Positions 1-13,345 are shown, numbered from the whole stretch's first letter. The stretch: DNA of 63,780 nucleotides, filler included, from Octopus bimaculoides (GCF_001194135.2; 9 parts of 7 records of this genome joined end to end with filler, not necessarily neighbours in it), one strand, 5' to 3'. The notes: generated by a model from the sequence alone, not told the origin. A program made the numbers and translations.

Positions 1-46
<46 letters not shown>

Positions 47-47
<1 letters not shown>
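47..47. other. End of the leading (AT)n microsatellite (1-48)
   Basis: Perfect AT dinucleotide run from the window start. Confidence 0.9.
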
Positions 48-50
<3 letters not shown>

Positions 51-769
51 GCGCGCGTGTGCGTTTTAGGATATATATTTATAGACATACATACATACAT
101 ATATACATACATGCATACGTGCATATATACATGCATGATTATATGTATACTTCCTCCCAGAGTGTGTCCGGTCGTGAAGACCGAACACTAAAATCCTTCA
201 GTCGCGCCACTCCCCCATACGCCCCCATTGTCACCACATTAACATCTCAGATTCCACCGAACAACTTACTAAGGAAGACACGAAGACCAATTTCTCGCCA
301 TTCTGTTAAACACAGGAAGCAATGAAAGACACAATTAGACATTTGGCATCTTCTAACTTGTCATGTTTTCCTGTAATTTTCTATTTCAAAATATGCTTCA
401 TTTTTTTCTTTGCAGAGGGCGGGGGTGGAAGACTTAGATCTACATGGTGTTGGCGGGGTTGTAACGATGGTGTTGGGGAGGTGGGGAGGTTGATGGAAGA
501 TCTTGGTGGGGTTTCTTGTTGGTTGATTGGTTAGTTGGTTGCTGTTGTTGTTGGTTGTGGTGAAGGTGGACATGGTGATGGTGGTGCTGCTGGTTTCAGT
601 TGTGATGGTGGAGTCGGTGGTGACGTATGCGATTGTGTCTCGTTCGATTGATGGTTCCGATGGTATAGCCGATGGTGACAATATGGCTTCAGCAGTTGGT
701 GTGTCATTGCTAGTGGACGTCAATTAATCTTTTCAGATTTTGGGTCAAGGCCATCGGTTCCAGGGGTGG

Positions 770-962
770 GGTGCAAGTTGATTGAATTGACCCCCCAACT
801 CCCCTTCACTCAAGTCCACAAACTGATACTTATTTTATCGACCCCGAATGGATGAAAGATAAAGTCGACCTCGGTGAAATTTGAACTCAGAACGAAGCGA
901 CGAGCGAAATACCGCTAAGCTTTTCGTCCAGCGCACTAACGATTCTGCCAGCTCACCGCCTT
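770..962 (-). mobile_element. tRNA-derived SINE, family A
   Basis: Head GGCGGTGAGCTGGCAGAATCGTTAG..GAGTTCAAATT (A/B boxes) plus the conserved GTCGACTTT..TTTCATCC..GGGGTCGATAAAATAAGTA core. Confidence 0.85.
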
Positions 963-1109
963 GATGATAATAATAATAATAATAATAATAATAATATAAT
1001 TGCTAATCCCCAAACCTTCCCCTCAAATTGCTGGCCTTGTGCAAAAAGTTTGAAACCAGAGACAGAAGTTGCAGCAATCAGATACAATGGTTGTAGTCGT
1101 GTAGCTTCT

Positions 1110-1132
1110 ACAGCAGCAGCAGCAGCAGTAGC

Positions 1133-1192
<60 letters not shown>

Positions 1193-1196
1193 TGCG

Positions 1197-1257
<61 letters not shown>

Positions 1258-1345
1258 AAGCGGCAGCGATCGTACCGATGATCGTGATGGTGGTGGTGGT
1301 GGTGGTGCTGGTGGTGGTGCTGGTGGTGGCGGCGGCGGCGGCGGT
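1110..1345. repeat. Compound trinucleotide microsatellite (GCA/GTA/GTG)
   Basis: Direct reading. Confidence 0.95.
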
Positions 1346-1904
1346 TCCAGAAGGTGGGTGGATGTGACTTTTGACATTGTTACTGCTGCATATATTTAAT
1401 CTTTTATCAACAACCTTCCTGTTGACCTTCTAAAGGTCATCAGAGTCAAACGTGACTCGGGCACCCACCCACGCCCTTCTACCGCACAGGTATACACATA
1501 AATATATACATACATATACATACATATATATGCATATATGTGTGATTGTGTCCCCGTGTGTTTATAAATATCTATGTGTCTGTATTTATACACACATACA
1601 CACACACACACACACATACGCATCTACGCACTTTCGTTTTAGACATATATTCAAACTACGACCATGAGCTGATTTTATCTTATTTTCTTCTCTTATCAGT
1701 TTTATTTTTGATTTTTTTTATTAGTCGCTTTCAATATGTTTGGTACATTTAAGATACTAAATCCACCATTTAGTTTCCTATTATTTTCATGTTCTCACCT
1801 TCAGGATGAAGTGATGTTTGCGTGTTATAATAAGCAGGGTCAAAACGATCGTTGTTTATTCTTTTAATCGTTTATTTGCCTCAGTCATTTAATACGGCCA
1901 TGCT

Positions 1905-2030
1905 GGAGTCAACCCAGTATTCGACTGGTACTTATTTTATTGACCTTGCGTCGTCGGCAGAATTTGAACTCAGAACATAAAGACGAGCCTAAAAGCCGCC
2001 TAGCATTTTGTTCGGCGTTCTACCGATTCT
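1905..2030 (-). mobile_element. SINE family A, degenerate and deleted copy
   Basis: GGTACTTATTTTATTGACC..GGCAGAATTTGAACTCAGAAC..GCATTTTGTTCGGCGTTCTACCGATTCT. Confidence 0.7.
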
Positions 2031-2259
2031 TATTTCTTTACTGCCCACAAGGGGCTAAACATAGGGGAGACAAACACGAACAGACAAAGGGATTAAGTCG
2101 ATTACATTGACCCCAGTGCGTAACTGATACTTATTTAATCGACCACGAAAGGATGAAAAGCAAAGTCGACCTCGGCGGAATTTGAACTCAGAACGTAGCG
2201 GCAGACGAAATACCGCTAAGCATTTCGTCCGGCGTTCTACCGGTTCTGCCAGCTCATCG
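2031..2259 (-). mobile_element. SINE family A, near full length, tail type 1
   Basis: Family A head and core; tail TGTTTAGCCCCTTGTGGGCAGTAAAGAAATA. Confidence 0.9.
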
Positions 2260-2764
2260 TATCTGATGAAGGTAATGATGACGACAACAATAATAATGAT
2301 GATTTCTTTTATTAGCCGCAGGGGCAGAGAGGAGGGTGACTTCACAGGGACAATCCATAATTTTTGTGAGGGGTTTTCATAATAAAAGACAAGGAGAAGC
2401 AAAAATGGGAACCTTTGAACTGAGATGAAAGTATACAAAGTATGCAAAATATGCGACAATATGAATGATGGAGACCACCTGATTCAAGGGAAACTCCAAG
2501 TGAGGCCAGATCCAGGATTACCTCACCGCCAAAGGCACGAGCCTTCGCCCATCTGTTGTTCTCTGGTCTTCAGGATCATTTACTCGAATCATTTTTGCGA
2601 GGTAGTGCTTTCATTTTCCTCCTGCACTTTCCTTTCCGAGTGGAACTTAAAAAGAAGTAATTGAGGGTTTGACCAAACAAGAAGGTGTCTTCTCTCAATC
2701 ATTTCAGCGTGACCAGCACACGGACTCTTCCGTCAGAGCCCTGAATGATATACGAGAACCTTGA

Positions 2765-3317
2765 TAATGATGGTGATGAAGACGATGACGATGACGATGA
2801 CGACGACGATGGTGATGATGATGACGATGACAACGACGACGACGACGACGATGATGATGATGATGATCATCATGATGATCATCATGATGATCATGAAGAT
2901 GACGATGAATATCATGGTAACGTTGATGATGATGATGACGATGATGACGACGATGATGATCATGATGATAATGATGATGATGATGACGACGATAACAACG
3001 ACGAAGACGATGATGATGACGATGATGATAGTGGTGATGATGACGACGATGATGACAGTGACATATCATGATCATGATGATGATGATGATCATCATCATC
3101 ATCACCATCGTCGTCGTCATCGTCGTTGTCCTCCTCCTTCTCCTCCTCCTCCTCCTCCTCCTCCTCCNNNNNNNNNNCATTATCATCATCATCGTCAATA
3201 AATTTCATACACGAAGCCAACTTGTAAGCAGTCTGTTTTGTCAAAGATCTCAAACTCTCAGTGCGTCTCTATTTTTTCGGCTAGCCTCAGTGAAATCACA
3301 TCTGAGTCACCCACCCC

Positions 3318-3360
<43 letters not shown>

Positions 3361-3760
3361 TGATGATAATAATAATGGTGATTGTGATTGATGATGACTA
3401 ATGATTGTGATTGATGGTGTCTGATGGTGATTGATGGCGATGATTGACGGTGGTTGATGGCGATGATTGGTGGCGATAATTGATGGTGATTGACGGTGAT
3501 TGACGGTGATTGACGGTGATTGATGCTGACTAATGGTGACTGATGGTGATTGATGGCGATTGATGGTGACTGATGGTGTTTGATGATGACTGATGGTGAT
3601 TGATGGTGGTGATTAATGGTGATTGTTGATGAGTGATTGTGATTGATGGTGATTGATGGTGATTGATGGTGATTGATGATGACTGATGGTGATTGATGAT
3701 GACTGATGGTGATTGATGGTGATGATTGATGGTGATTGATGGTGATTGAGATGACTGATT
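2765..3760. repeat. Compound (GAT/GAC)n, (CAT)n, (CCT)n, (AAT)n and TGATTGATGG-type satellite
   Basis: Direct reading; explains the poly-D/M/H/S ORFs. Confidence 0.95.
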
Positions 3761-5959
3761 NNNNNNNNNNNNNNNNNNNNNNNNNNNNNNNNNNNNNNNN
3801 NNNNNNNNNNNNNNNNNNNNNNNNNNNNNNNNNNNNNNNNNNNNNNNNNNNNNNNNNNNNNNNNNNNNNNNNNNNNNNNNNNNNNNNNNNNNNNNNNNNN
3901 NNNNNNNNNNNNNNNNNNNNNNNNNNNNNNNNNNNNNNNNNNNNNNNNNNNNNNNNNNNNNNNNNNNNNNNNNNNNNNNNNNNNNNNNNNNNNNNNNNNN
4001 NNNNNNNNNNNNNNNNNNNNNNNNNNNNNNNNNNNNNNNNNNNNNNNNNNNNNNNNNNNNNNNNNNNNNNNNNNNNNNNNNNNNNNNNNNNNNNNNNNNN
4101 NNNNNNNNNNNNNNNNNNNNNNNNNNNNNNNNNNNNNNNNNNNNNNNNNNNNNNNNNNNNNNNNNNNNNNNNNNNNNNNNNNNNNNNNNNNNNNNNNNNN
4201 NNNNNNNNNNNNNNNNNNNNNNNNNNNNNNNNNNNNNNNNNNNNNNNNNNNNNNNNNNNNNNNNNNNNNNNNNNNNNNNNNNNNNNNNNNNNNNNNNNNN
4301 NNNNNNNNNNNNNNNNNNNNNNNNNNNNNNNNNNNNNNNNNNNNNNNNNNNNNNNNNNNNNNNNNNNNNNNNNNNNNNNNNNNNNNNNNNNNNNNNNNNN
4401 NNNNNNNNNNNNNNNNNNNNNNNNNNNNTGGTGGTTGTGGTTGTGGTGGTGGTTGTGGTGGTGGTGGTGGTGGTGACGGTGACGAAGGGGTTGGTGATGA
4501 TGTTAGAGCTAATGGTGTTGGTGATGATAATGATGATGAAAGACAAAACAAAGAAAGAAAGAAAGGAAGGAAGAAAAAGAAAGGCAAAAGGAAACGAAAT
4601 AAAAATAGGGGGCAGGTAGGGGAACTTTAGGGCGGGGTGGCGGTGCTATTTGGGGGTAGCGGTGGAGAGAAAACAGGGTGTCTGGTTAGCACAACTGAAC
4701 AATATGGCCAGTTGATATGTTTGATAGAAGTTCGGAGATTGACAGCAGTGTGACCCAGGGGTCAGCTGTAGTGAGCAGTTGACACGTGGATAATTACAAC
4801 AACATTGCGAAGTAAGACAACAATTGGCTTCAGCAACAACAACAACAACAGCAGCAGTAGCAGTAGTAGCAGCAGCAATAACAACAACTCCAACGTCATT
4901 AATAATTACACTTTTGCTAGCGAGAATAACTGTAATTATATCGAGTAACGAACGACAGAGGAAAATCCAAAAAAGAGACAAACAGAAGAAGAAAAGAACA
5001 ACAACAACAAAAATGGAAAATATGGAAAATTAGAAACAAATGGTGGTGGCGGGGTGGGGGAAGAGGGTGAAAAACAATGTTGAGATATTCATAAACTCTA
5101 CCAAAAGCACCGCTTCTGCTGCTACTGCTGCTGCCACGGCCACTACTACTTGTCTGTTATAACTTCTATATGTATACACCAAGAGATGTTAGTATGCGAG
5201 TATGATAGCGTACATATATGGACATGTGTATTTGTCCGTATATTTATGTCTTACATATATATTCCTGTATATGTATGTGGTCCGTGTGCATGCATATGTG
5301 TATTTTGATGTATATATGTATATTATAGATGGTCTAGTATGCGTATATACTGTTGCAAAATATTTATGTAATGCATTGTGAAAATTTTAATTTCAATTTT
5401 TATGTTTTAATTGAATTATATTCTGTATATAATTATTTGCAATATGTATTTTGAATCCACTCTTCGATTTAACATTTTCTTCGATTTATATAATAGGATG
5501 AATTTATATTGAATTTATTTATTTTGTTTGTCCGTTAATTTGTCCGTTTGTTTGACCGTTAATTGAAAGGACAAATGAAACAAATCCATTTTTAAAGGTG
5601 TATCCTTTTACAAGTTTTTGATCATATCGTTATTTCTGTTCTATTTTAACAAAACCGTCCGACGAACGGGAACGTGAAACTGAGTTTTAAAAAATTTTGA
5701 AAAAAAAAAGAAAACAACGCGTGTACGTAGCATGTGCAAAGTATTAATAGGACGCTCAAAGAATAAAAGAGTGGTTGTTTTTCTGTTTCGAGCATACACA
5801 CACACACACACACGCACACACACACACATATGTATGTATATAATAATAATGGATTCTACCGTCATTAGGGCTCTGTAAATTCTTGCTGAACAACCACACG
5901 AATGATTCGTTTAAAGTAATCAAATATTTGTGTTGCATATAGGCTCACTTCCTCACTCA

Positions 5960-6120
5960 AATCGACATTACCTGTACAGGTGCACGACGTGTCACATGTC
6001 ATGTGACGAAATGATCTGAGGGGAACGTGAAATGAAGTGTCTTGCTCAAGAACACAGCGCAACGGCCAGTATGGGAATCGAAAGCACGGTCTCGCAGTCA
6101 TGGATGCAACGCCCTAAATG
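5960..6120 (-). mobile_element. SINE family D, degenerate
   Basis: AACGTGAAATGAAGTGTCTTGCTCAAGAACACAGCGC..GGAATCGAAAGCACGGTCTCGCAGTC is the reverse complement of the family D core and head. Confidence 0.75.
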
Positions 6121-6289
6121 CTATTCTGATGCAACACTTATGATAGCTAGCAGATATTATGCCACTTGTTAACATGTGTATGCGACCACATGTTTCGTTT
6201 CTGAAATGGCGACCAGTTTGTTACACAGTTTCCTCTGTTTCGTTCCTTCAAAATTTGCTAAAGTGATAGCATCTTGAGAAAATGAGAGA

Positions 6290-6298
6290 AAGAATGAA

Positions 6299-6329
<31 letters not shown>

Positions 6330-6834
6330 GAGAGAATGAAAGAGAGTGAGAGGTGGAGAGAGGGATGGAAAGGGAGATAGAGAATGAGGGTGAGAGAAAA
6401 TATCATTGTAAATATACGTTGCCACAGGCAAACAAATATTCGCATGCTCGCGCACGTACACACATACACACATACACACATACACACATACACACATACA
6501 CACATACACACATACACAGACAAACAAGCATGCACACAGACACAGACACACTCACACACATACACACATATATATATAACAAACATGCACCACCACCCCA
6601 CACACATATATACAATCATGCACATACATTGCACGCACATACACAGGTACAAATTCGCACTCATACACACACTCATACACACACTCACTGACACAGACAC
6701 ACACATCTCTCACTCTCTTTCTCTCCATCTTTCGTTAAGCATGTATAAATGTGTGTATATATGTGTGTCTGTATATATGTATGTCTGTATATATATACAT
6801 ACGTATCTATCTATATATATATATATACATACAT

Positions 6835-6869
<35 letters not shown>

Positions 6870-6870
6870 G

Positions 6871-6917
<47 letters not shown>

Positions 6918-6951
6918 TACATATATATCCATATATATATATGTATATATA

Positions 6952-7002
<51 letters not shown>

Positions 7003-7270
7003 GTGTGTGTATATATAAATATATATAATATTTACATATATATATATGTGTGTGTGTATGTATATATGTATGTATCTGCATACATATACACATGTATTAA
7101 TACACACACATATTTATAAAAACACACCCAGATGCACATATATATTCATACGTACATACGTATATACATACACGCATACATACACACATATGAATATATC
7201 TATGTGTCTGTGTGCAAGTGTGTGTGTACGCAAACTTGCACATGTGCATACCCATGCACATACGCCCCAC
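6290..7270. repeat. Compound (GA)n/(CA)n/(TA)n low-complexity block
   Basis: Direct reading. Confidence 0.95.
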
Positions 7271-7430
7271 TTTCCTTCTTGGGTTCAAAAACTGTGTTCC
7301 GTTCCTCTAAATACTTAATTCTCCCCACATCAGCACATCTAAAGTTAATTCATATCTTCATTTCTCCCATTGCGCTCTCTTCCTGTTTTAAGTTGTTCCC
7401 CTCAAATTGTGTATAAATTCCTCTCTGCAT

Positions 7431-7600
7431 AGGCGCAGACGTGTCCTTTCCGGCTAGAAGGTTGCTTCCCGACCAGTTGGCTCCGGGTTCAGTTCCACTA
7501 CGTAGGGTAACTTCGGCAAGTATCTTCTAACTATAACCCTCGATTGACCAAAGCGTTGCAAGTGGATTTGGTCGACGAAAACTGTAAGAAGCCCGCCGTG
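7431..7600 (+). mobile_element. tRNA-derived SINE, family B head
   Basis: AGAAGGTTGCTTCCCGACC..CCGGGTTCAGTTCCACTACG..GCAAGTATCTTCTA..GTGGATTTGGTCGACGAAAACTG; shared with the other family B copies. Confidence 0.75.
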
Positions 7601-7770
7601 AGTTCGATCCCCGGACAGGGAGAACATCGGTGCCGTGTTGGAGAGGGCAGACTGGTATGCATGGGTGACTGTCGGTCTTCCATAAACAACCTTGCCCCCG
7701 AATTTGTGCCTCGGAGGGGAACTTTCCAAATGATCAAAAATGTATTCTAGCCGTGACCATCTCGTCTTTT
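7601..7770 (+). mobile_element. SINE family D, deleted copy fused to the family B head
   Basis: AGTTCGATCCCCGGAC (B box) then CATCGGTGCCGTGTTGGAGAGGGCAGACTGGTATGC, matching the 3' part of 61722-61940. Confidence 0.6.
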
Positions 7771-8494
7771 AGCGAATTCACAGATTTACACTACCTAATG
7801 TATCCTTTCGTTTTTATACAAGGTGATAAGTTGGAATTTGAGGGAGGGGAAATTTCGCTACTATTTCTAACAAGTCAATCAACCATGTAAATGTTTCTTC
7901 GTCGGCTTTCATTCCCCATTTGTTCAATAAATGTAACGAGATATTATCTTTGCTAATTTTTTCTCCTCTCACGCGATTCGAACTCGCGGCAATTCCGTCT
8001 AAAAGGCCAACAATTTATTTCCCACCCAAACAAAACAGAACAACTTTCTCTCCGTGGTTAGATTAGAAACATTGATTAAAGTCATAAGTATTAAAGAGAA
8101 ACAAATATCTACTGTGCAAAATGAACAGAAATTTCGCCATATATANNNNNNNNNNNNNNNNNNNNNNNNNNNNNNNNNNNNNNNNNNNNNNNNNNNNNNN
8201 NNNNNNNNNNNNNNNNNNNNNNNNNNNNNNNNNNNNNNNNNNNNNNNNNNNNNNNNNNNNNNNNNNNNNNNNNNNNNNNNNNNNNNNNNNNNNNNNNNNN
8301 NNNNNNNNNNNNNNNNNNNNNNNNNNNNNNNNNNNNNNNNNNNNNNNNNNNNNNNNNNNNNNNNNNNNNNNNNNNNNNNNNNNNNNNNNNNNNNNNNNNN
8401 NNNNNNNNNNNNNNNNNNNNNNNNNNNNNNNNNNNNNNNNNNNNNNNNNNNNNNNNNNNNNNNNNNNNNNNNNNNNNNNNNNNNNNNNNNNNNN

Positions 8495-8863
8495 TATATA
8501 TATATATATATGTATGCATGTATGTATGTATGTATATATAATATATATATATATGTATGTATATATATGTATATATATATATGTATGTATATATATATAT
8601 ATATATATATACATACATACATACATATACGTACATACGCACGTACATATATATGTACGTATATATATACATGATTCTCTCTCTCCTTCTCTCTCTCTCT
8701 CCTTCTCTCTCTCTCCCTCTCTCTCTCCCTCTCTCTCTCTCTCTATATATATATATAGACACAATTATGTGTATGTACATATATATATACAACATATATA
8801 TATACATACACACATACACACATATTTATATATATATACAAATACATATATATACATACATAC

Positions 8864-8918
<55 letters not shown>

Positions 8919-8946
8919 CATACATACACGCGCACACACACACACA
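8495..8946. repeat. Compound TA/TATG/TC/CA microsatellite
   Basis: Direct reading. Confidence 0.95.
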
Positions 8947-9046
8947 NNNNNNNNNNNNNNNNNNNNNNNNNNNNNNNNNNNNNNNNNNNNTTAATTAATT
9001 AANNNNNNNNNNNNNNNNNNNNNNNNNNNNNNNNNNNNNNNNNNNN
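8947..9046. other. Artificial scaffold spacer N44-TTAATTAATTAA-N44 (also with the 12-mer at 17939, 21065, 41486, 50835, 53677, 57155, 62153)
   Basis: Identical 100-bp structure eight times; the 12-mer places stop codons in all frames. Confidence 0.95.
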
Positions 9047-9125
9047 CCTTCCTTCCCCCTCCCAAAAAGAAAAGCTCTACATTGTATTTGTCCCATCTTC
9101 GTTGAGCCCTGTGTGGCTAATAAAA
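9047..9125 (+). mobile_element. 3' end of an unclassified non-LTR element with (TATC)n tail
   Basis: AAAAGCTCTACATTGTATTTGTCCCATCTTCGTTGAGCCCTGTGTGGCTAATAAAAGAAA followed by (TATC)n; a close reverse-strand copy lies at 20905-21020. Confidence 0.6.
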
Positions 9126-9194
9126 GAAATGTATCTATCTATCTATCTATCTATCTATCTGTCTGTCTGTCTTTCTGTCTGTCTGTCTGACTGA

Positions 9195-9225
<31 letters not shown>

Positions 9226-9728
9226 TCTATATATATCTATCTACCTGTATATCTATCTATCTATTTCTTATCGTTTATATATATATTAAACCACGGTTTA
9301 CCTTTTAAATTATCTACTACCGTATACCTTATAACAAGGACAATACATACTGAGGTAATACCAGGAGTATCTTTGGGTACATCTATCCCTTAGAAGGTTA
9401 CATTACTTCTAACTTATATCTTATATAACTTATAATATTCTTATAAGAATTGAGTGCTTTTCTGTTAATATTTGAGTCTTTATATTTTGCTAAATTAATT
9501 GTGTATTAATAGTATATTGTTTTAATACTATAATGTATTATAGAACATATCGGAATATTAACTAATATTATGTGCTACGATGATAGAGAACAATTCTCAG
9601 TCTTTACACTGTGTCGTTGTACAGAAAGGGAGAGAACCCACATCTTGAAGTATATTGTAAACATCATCTGCATCTGTGTACCAACTTTAACTATCAATAA
9701 TTACGGGTTAAAAAAAGTACTATCTCTC

Positions 9729-9801
<73 letters not shown>

Positions 9802-10326
9802 GAAAAAAGAGTAGAGATTTATACAAATCAGATTTTTATACATGTTTTTGATCCCCGGACAGAAGATAAACTGTTTTCACGTCAAATTTTTACTATTTGA
9901 CAAGATGGCATTCATTATTGAAACCGGTAATATTTTCTTTATATAACATTTTAAATCATTTTATGAAATCCCTTCTTTAATTGAAAAGTCCTAGTTTTAC
10001 TTCTCTACTATTTTCACATCCAGCTGTATACATATGCACGTATGTATGTATGTATGTATTATGTATGTATGTATGNNNNNNNNNNNNNNNNNNNNNNNNN
10101 NNNNNNNNNNNNNNNNNNNNNNNNNNNNNNNNNNNNNNNNNNNNNNNNNNNNNNNNNNNNNNNNNNNNNNNNNNNNNNNNNNNNNNNNNNNNNNNNNNNN
10201 NNNNNNNNNNNNNNNNNNNNNNNNNNNNNNNNNNNNNNNNNNNNNNNNNNNNNNNNNNNNNNNNNNNNNNNNNNNNNNNNNNNNNNNNNNNNNNNNNNNN
10301 NNNNNNNNNNNNNNNGTGTGTGTGTG

Positions 10327-11543
10327 TAGGCATGACAGAAATAAATAGACACCCCATAAAACATCGTTTTGTTTATTCTTACTTGTAAATGTTTATATTT
10401 TTTATTAATTGAAGTTTTTTGTATTCCAGGTTCTATATGTGACTGTCGAATCATGCCATATACAAAGGAAACCTTGGAACTGTTTGAATATCAAAGAGGC
10501 CGTATTGTGGGTCATTCTGAAGGTGGACATAACGTAGAACCGCAGAAAACCTTGGGATCCTGCTTTCTACAGTTAATAGGGTGATTGTGCAATTCACCAG
10601 AGAGGGGAAGGAGTCCACATCACCTAGCTCAGATCAACCAGGACCCTCTGACGGGACTCTTTTCTTTGTTAAAAGAGGTGTGGAGGATAATCGTCGTTGC
10701 AGGTCGTCTGACATAGCAGAGCAAGTTGATTTCAGCCCCAGAACGGCTGTCAGGTATCTCCACAAACTCGGTTACTATGGCAGAGTAGCAAGAAAGAAGC
10801 CACGTCTTCGAACAGCCAACTTCAAGCCAACTTCAGTGAGATGGCGCGGAGGCCATTAGCATTTTGGGACACTGTCATATTCTCCGATGAGGCCAGAATC
10901 GCTGTATTTCATGACAGTGGTCAAATGTGGGTTTGGAAACTCTGTGATCAAGAATTTGATGTGAAAAGACTGCAGCCAACAATGGCACACGACAACTATT
11001 CTGTGATAGTTTGGGAAACAATTTGGAGCAATGGTTGATCAGAGCTGGTGAAGTGTGAGGGTAACATAAACTCAGATGAATATGAATGCATATTGCAAAA
11101 AAGGACTCCTTCCAAACTTCTCCAATGGGGAAATGATTAAAGACAAGTCTTTATTTATGGAAGATGGGGCTCCTTGTCACACGACTAAAATGACCCAAGA
11201 TTTGCTGGATGAGTATGGCATCAAAAAGCTTCCATGGCTAAGCCAGTCAACAGATATGAAGCCTATTGAACACCTCTGGGATATAATGGACAGGACACTT
11301 CATAAAAAGAACAAGAAAGCTTTTTCAAAGCCAGATCTTTTGAGATTACTGCATGAAACTTGACAAGAAATTCATGAAGACAATATTCGTCATCTGATCA
11401 GTAACATGCCTAATAGGGTCCTTGCATCGAAAAATGCAAAGGGCATGTCTATTAAATATTAAATATTTATATAACAATTAATAAATAATTCGAATGCATA
11501 ATTGCAGACCTAAATAAATTTTAATAATTCTAAACGTGTCTAT
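10327..11543 (+). mobile_element. Tc1-family DNA transposon, decayed; both ends abut assembly gaps
   Basis: Transposase motifs spread over four broken ORFs. Left end TAGGCATGACAGAAATAAATAGACAC; the right-end GTGTCTAT (11536-11543) is the reverse complement of ATAGACAC (10345-10352), i.e. the inner edge of a right TIR running into the gap. Confidence 0.9.
10453..11462 (+). pseudogene. Tc1 DD34E transposase pseudogene (frameshifts and stops)
   Basis: MPYTKETLELFEYQRGRIVG (N-terminal HTH start), [17 protein letters not shown] (D1), FMEDGAPCHT (D2), WLSQSTDMKPIEHLW (E; I count 34 residues between D2 and E), C-terminal SNMPNRVLASKNAKGMSIKY*. Confidence 0.9.
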
Positions 11544-11846
11544 NNNNNNNNNNNNNNNNNNNNNNNNNNNNNNNNNNNNNNNNNNNNNNNNNNNNNNNNN
11601 NNNNNNNNNNNNNNNNNNNNNNNNNNNNNNNNNNNNNNNNNNNNNNNNNNNNNNNNNNNNNNNNNNNNNNNNNNNNNNNNNNNNNNNNNNNNNNNNNNNN
11701 NNNNNNNNNNNNNNNNNNNNNNNNNNNNNNNNNNNNNNNNNNNNNNNNNNNNNNNNNNNNNNNNNNNNNNNNNNNNNNNNNNNNNNNNNNNNNNNNNNNN
11801 NNNNNNNNNNNNNNNNNNNNNNNNNNNNNNNNNNNNNNNNNNNNNN

Positions 11847-11888
<42 letters not shown>

Positions 11889-12482
11889 TATAGGTAAAAA
11901 CACACACACACATATACGTGTATATACATATAAACACACACGACTAATATGGTGTATATTAATGGGGGAAGAGAGAATTCATATTTAAGCAACAGATGAT
12001 GAAATTAAAGGCTTAATATAATTAACAGCGAAATACAATGAATAAAGTCGGTTAATTTAATTAATATCCCCCTTAATGTTAATCTTCTACACAATATATT
12101 TCCATTTGGAAGTAAATGTCCTTGAAAAAGGCGGAGTGTGATCTAACTTTCGGGGGCAATTCCTTAATAATAAACAAGAGGGTCAGGAAATATATTTACA
12201 CCAAAGTGCCGCGCTGCAGATGAAGCAGTGTGCAATGGAATACAATTATATATAAAATTGTAGAGTATAGTCGTTATGGAAAATAGAATTAGTCAGTATT
12301 GATAATAGTAATATCGACTTTGTGTGTGTGAGTTTGTGCTACTTGTCAATGGATAATGACGTAAAATGATTTATTGGCCGTTCATTGTAGTTCTCAATGA
12401 AGCATCGTAATCAGTAAATATTGTATTTGAGCTATCGATTGGTAATAAGTGTGTCTTATTACTTAAATGCTAATTTTGATCA

Positions 12483-12575
12483 ACAGCAGTGGTTCCCAAC
12501 CTTTTCACAGTGATTCCCAACAGTGGTTCCTAACCCTTTCATTTAAATGAGTTTTCCCGCAGACCCCTTTTAAAT
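12483..12575. mobile_element. End of the same hAT MITE family, with a duplicated TIR
   Basis: CAGTGGTTCCCAACCTTTT..CAGTGGTTCCTAACCCTTTCATTTAAATGAGTTTTCCC matches the reverse complement of 17480-17545. Confidence 0.6.
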
Positions 12576-12931
12576 ATGCTTATCCTTGTTTATGTATGTA
12601 TGTAAGTATGTATGTATGTATGTATATGTATGTAAATATATATATATATATATATATATATANNNNNNNNNNNNNNNNNNNNNNNNNNNNNNNNNNNNNN
12701 CAACACGGATTTTCAAGGTTATTGCAGTACGCACGTTTCATGCTACTCCATTTATTTAAATAATGTGAGCATTACATTAAATGTAAAATGCAGAGCAATC
12801 TTCAGCTGCACGAGGATACAAAAAATTTACTGAAAATTTCATTTCACCAGAATGGACATATTACTGTTGTGACCACATTTAAACAAATCCAAGTGGGAAA
12901 GAAGAATACAAAAAAACCATTTTGACATAGC

Positions 12932-13141
12932 GAAGGCTAGCAGCCTCGTCAAGTTTTGCAAAATTCCTTAGCGTCATTTCCTCTGTTTTTTCAATCTGAG
13001 TTCAAATTATAGTGTGGCCGACATTACCTCTCAACCTTTCGGTGTCGATAAAATAAATACCAGTTGAGTACCGGTGTCGATGTAATCGGCTCACCACCTC
13101 CTCGTCCCCGAATTGCTGGCCTTGTGCCAAAATTTGAAGCC
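12932..13141 (+). mobile_element. SINE family A, tail type 2
   Basis: CTGAGTTCAAATT..CCTTTCGGTGTCGATAAAATAAATACCAG..AATTGCTGGCCTTGTGCCAAAATTTGAAGCC. Confidence 0.8.
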
Positions 13142-13149
13142 GCTATTGT

Positions 13150-13345
13150 TGCACACACATACACACACACACGCACACACATACACACAGACGTACAGAC
13201 ACACAGTGATACACACACACGCACACACACACACGCACAGACACACAGAGACACACACAGACACAGACACGCACACAGAGATACACAAACAGAGACACAC
13301 ACAGAGACACACACAGAGACACACACAGACGCAGACACGCAGACA

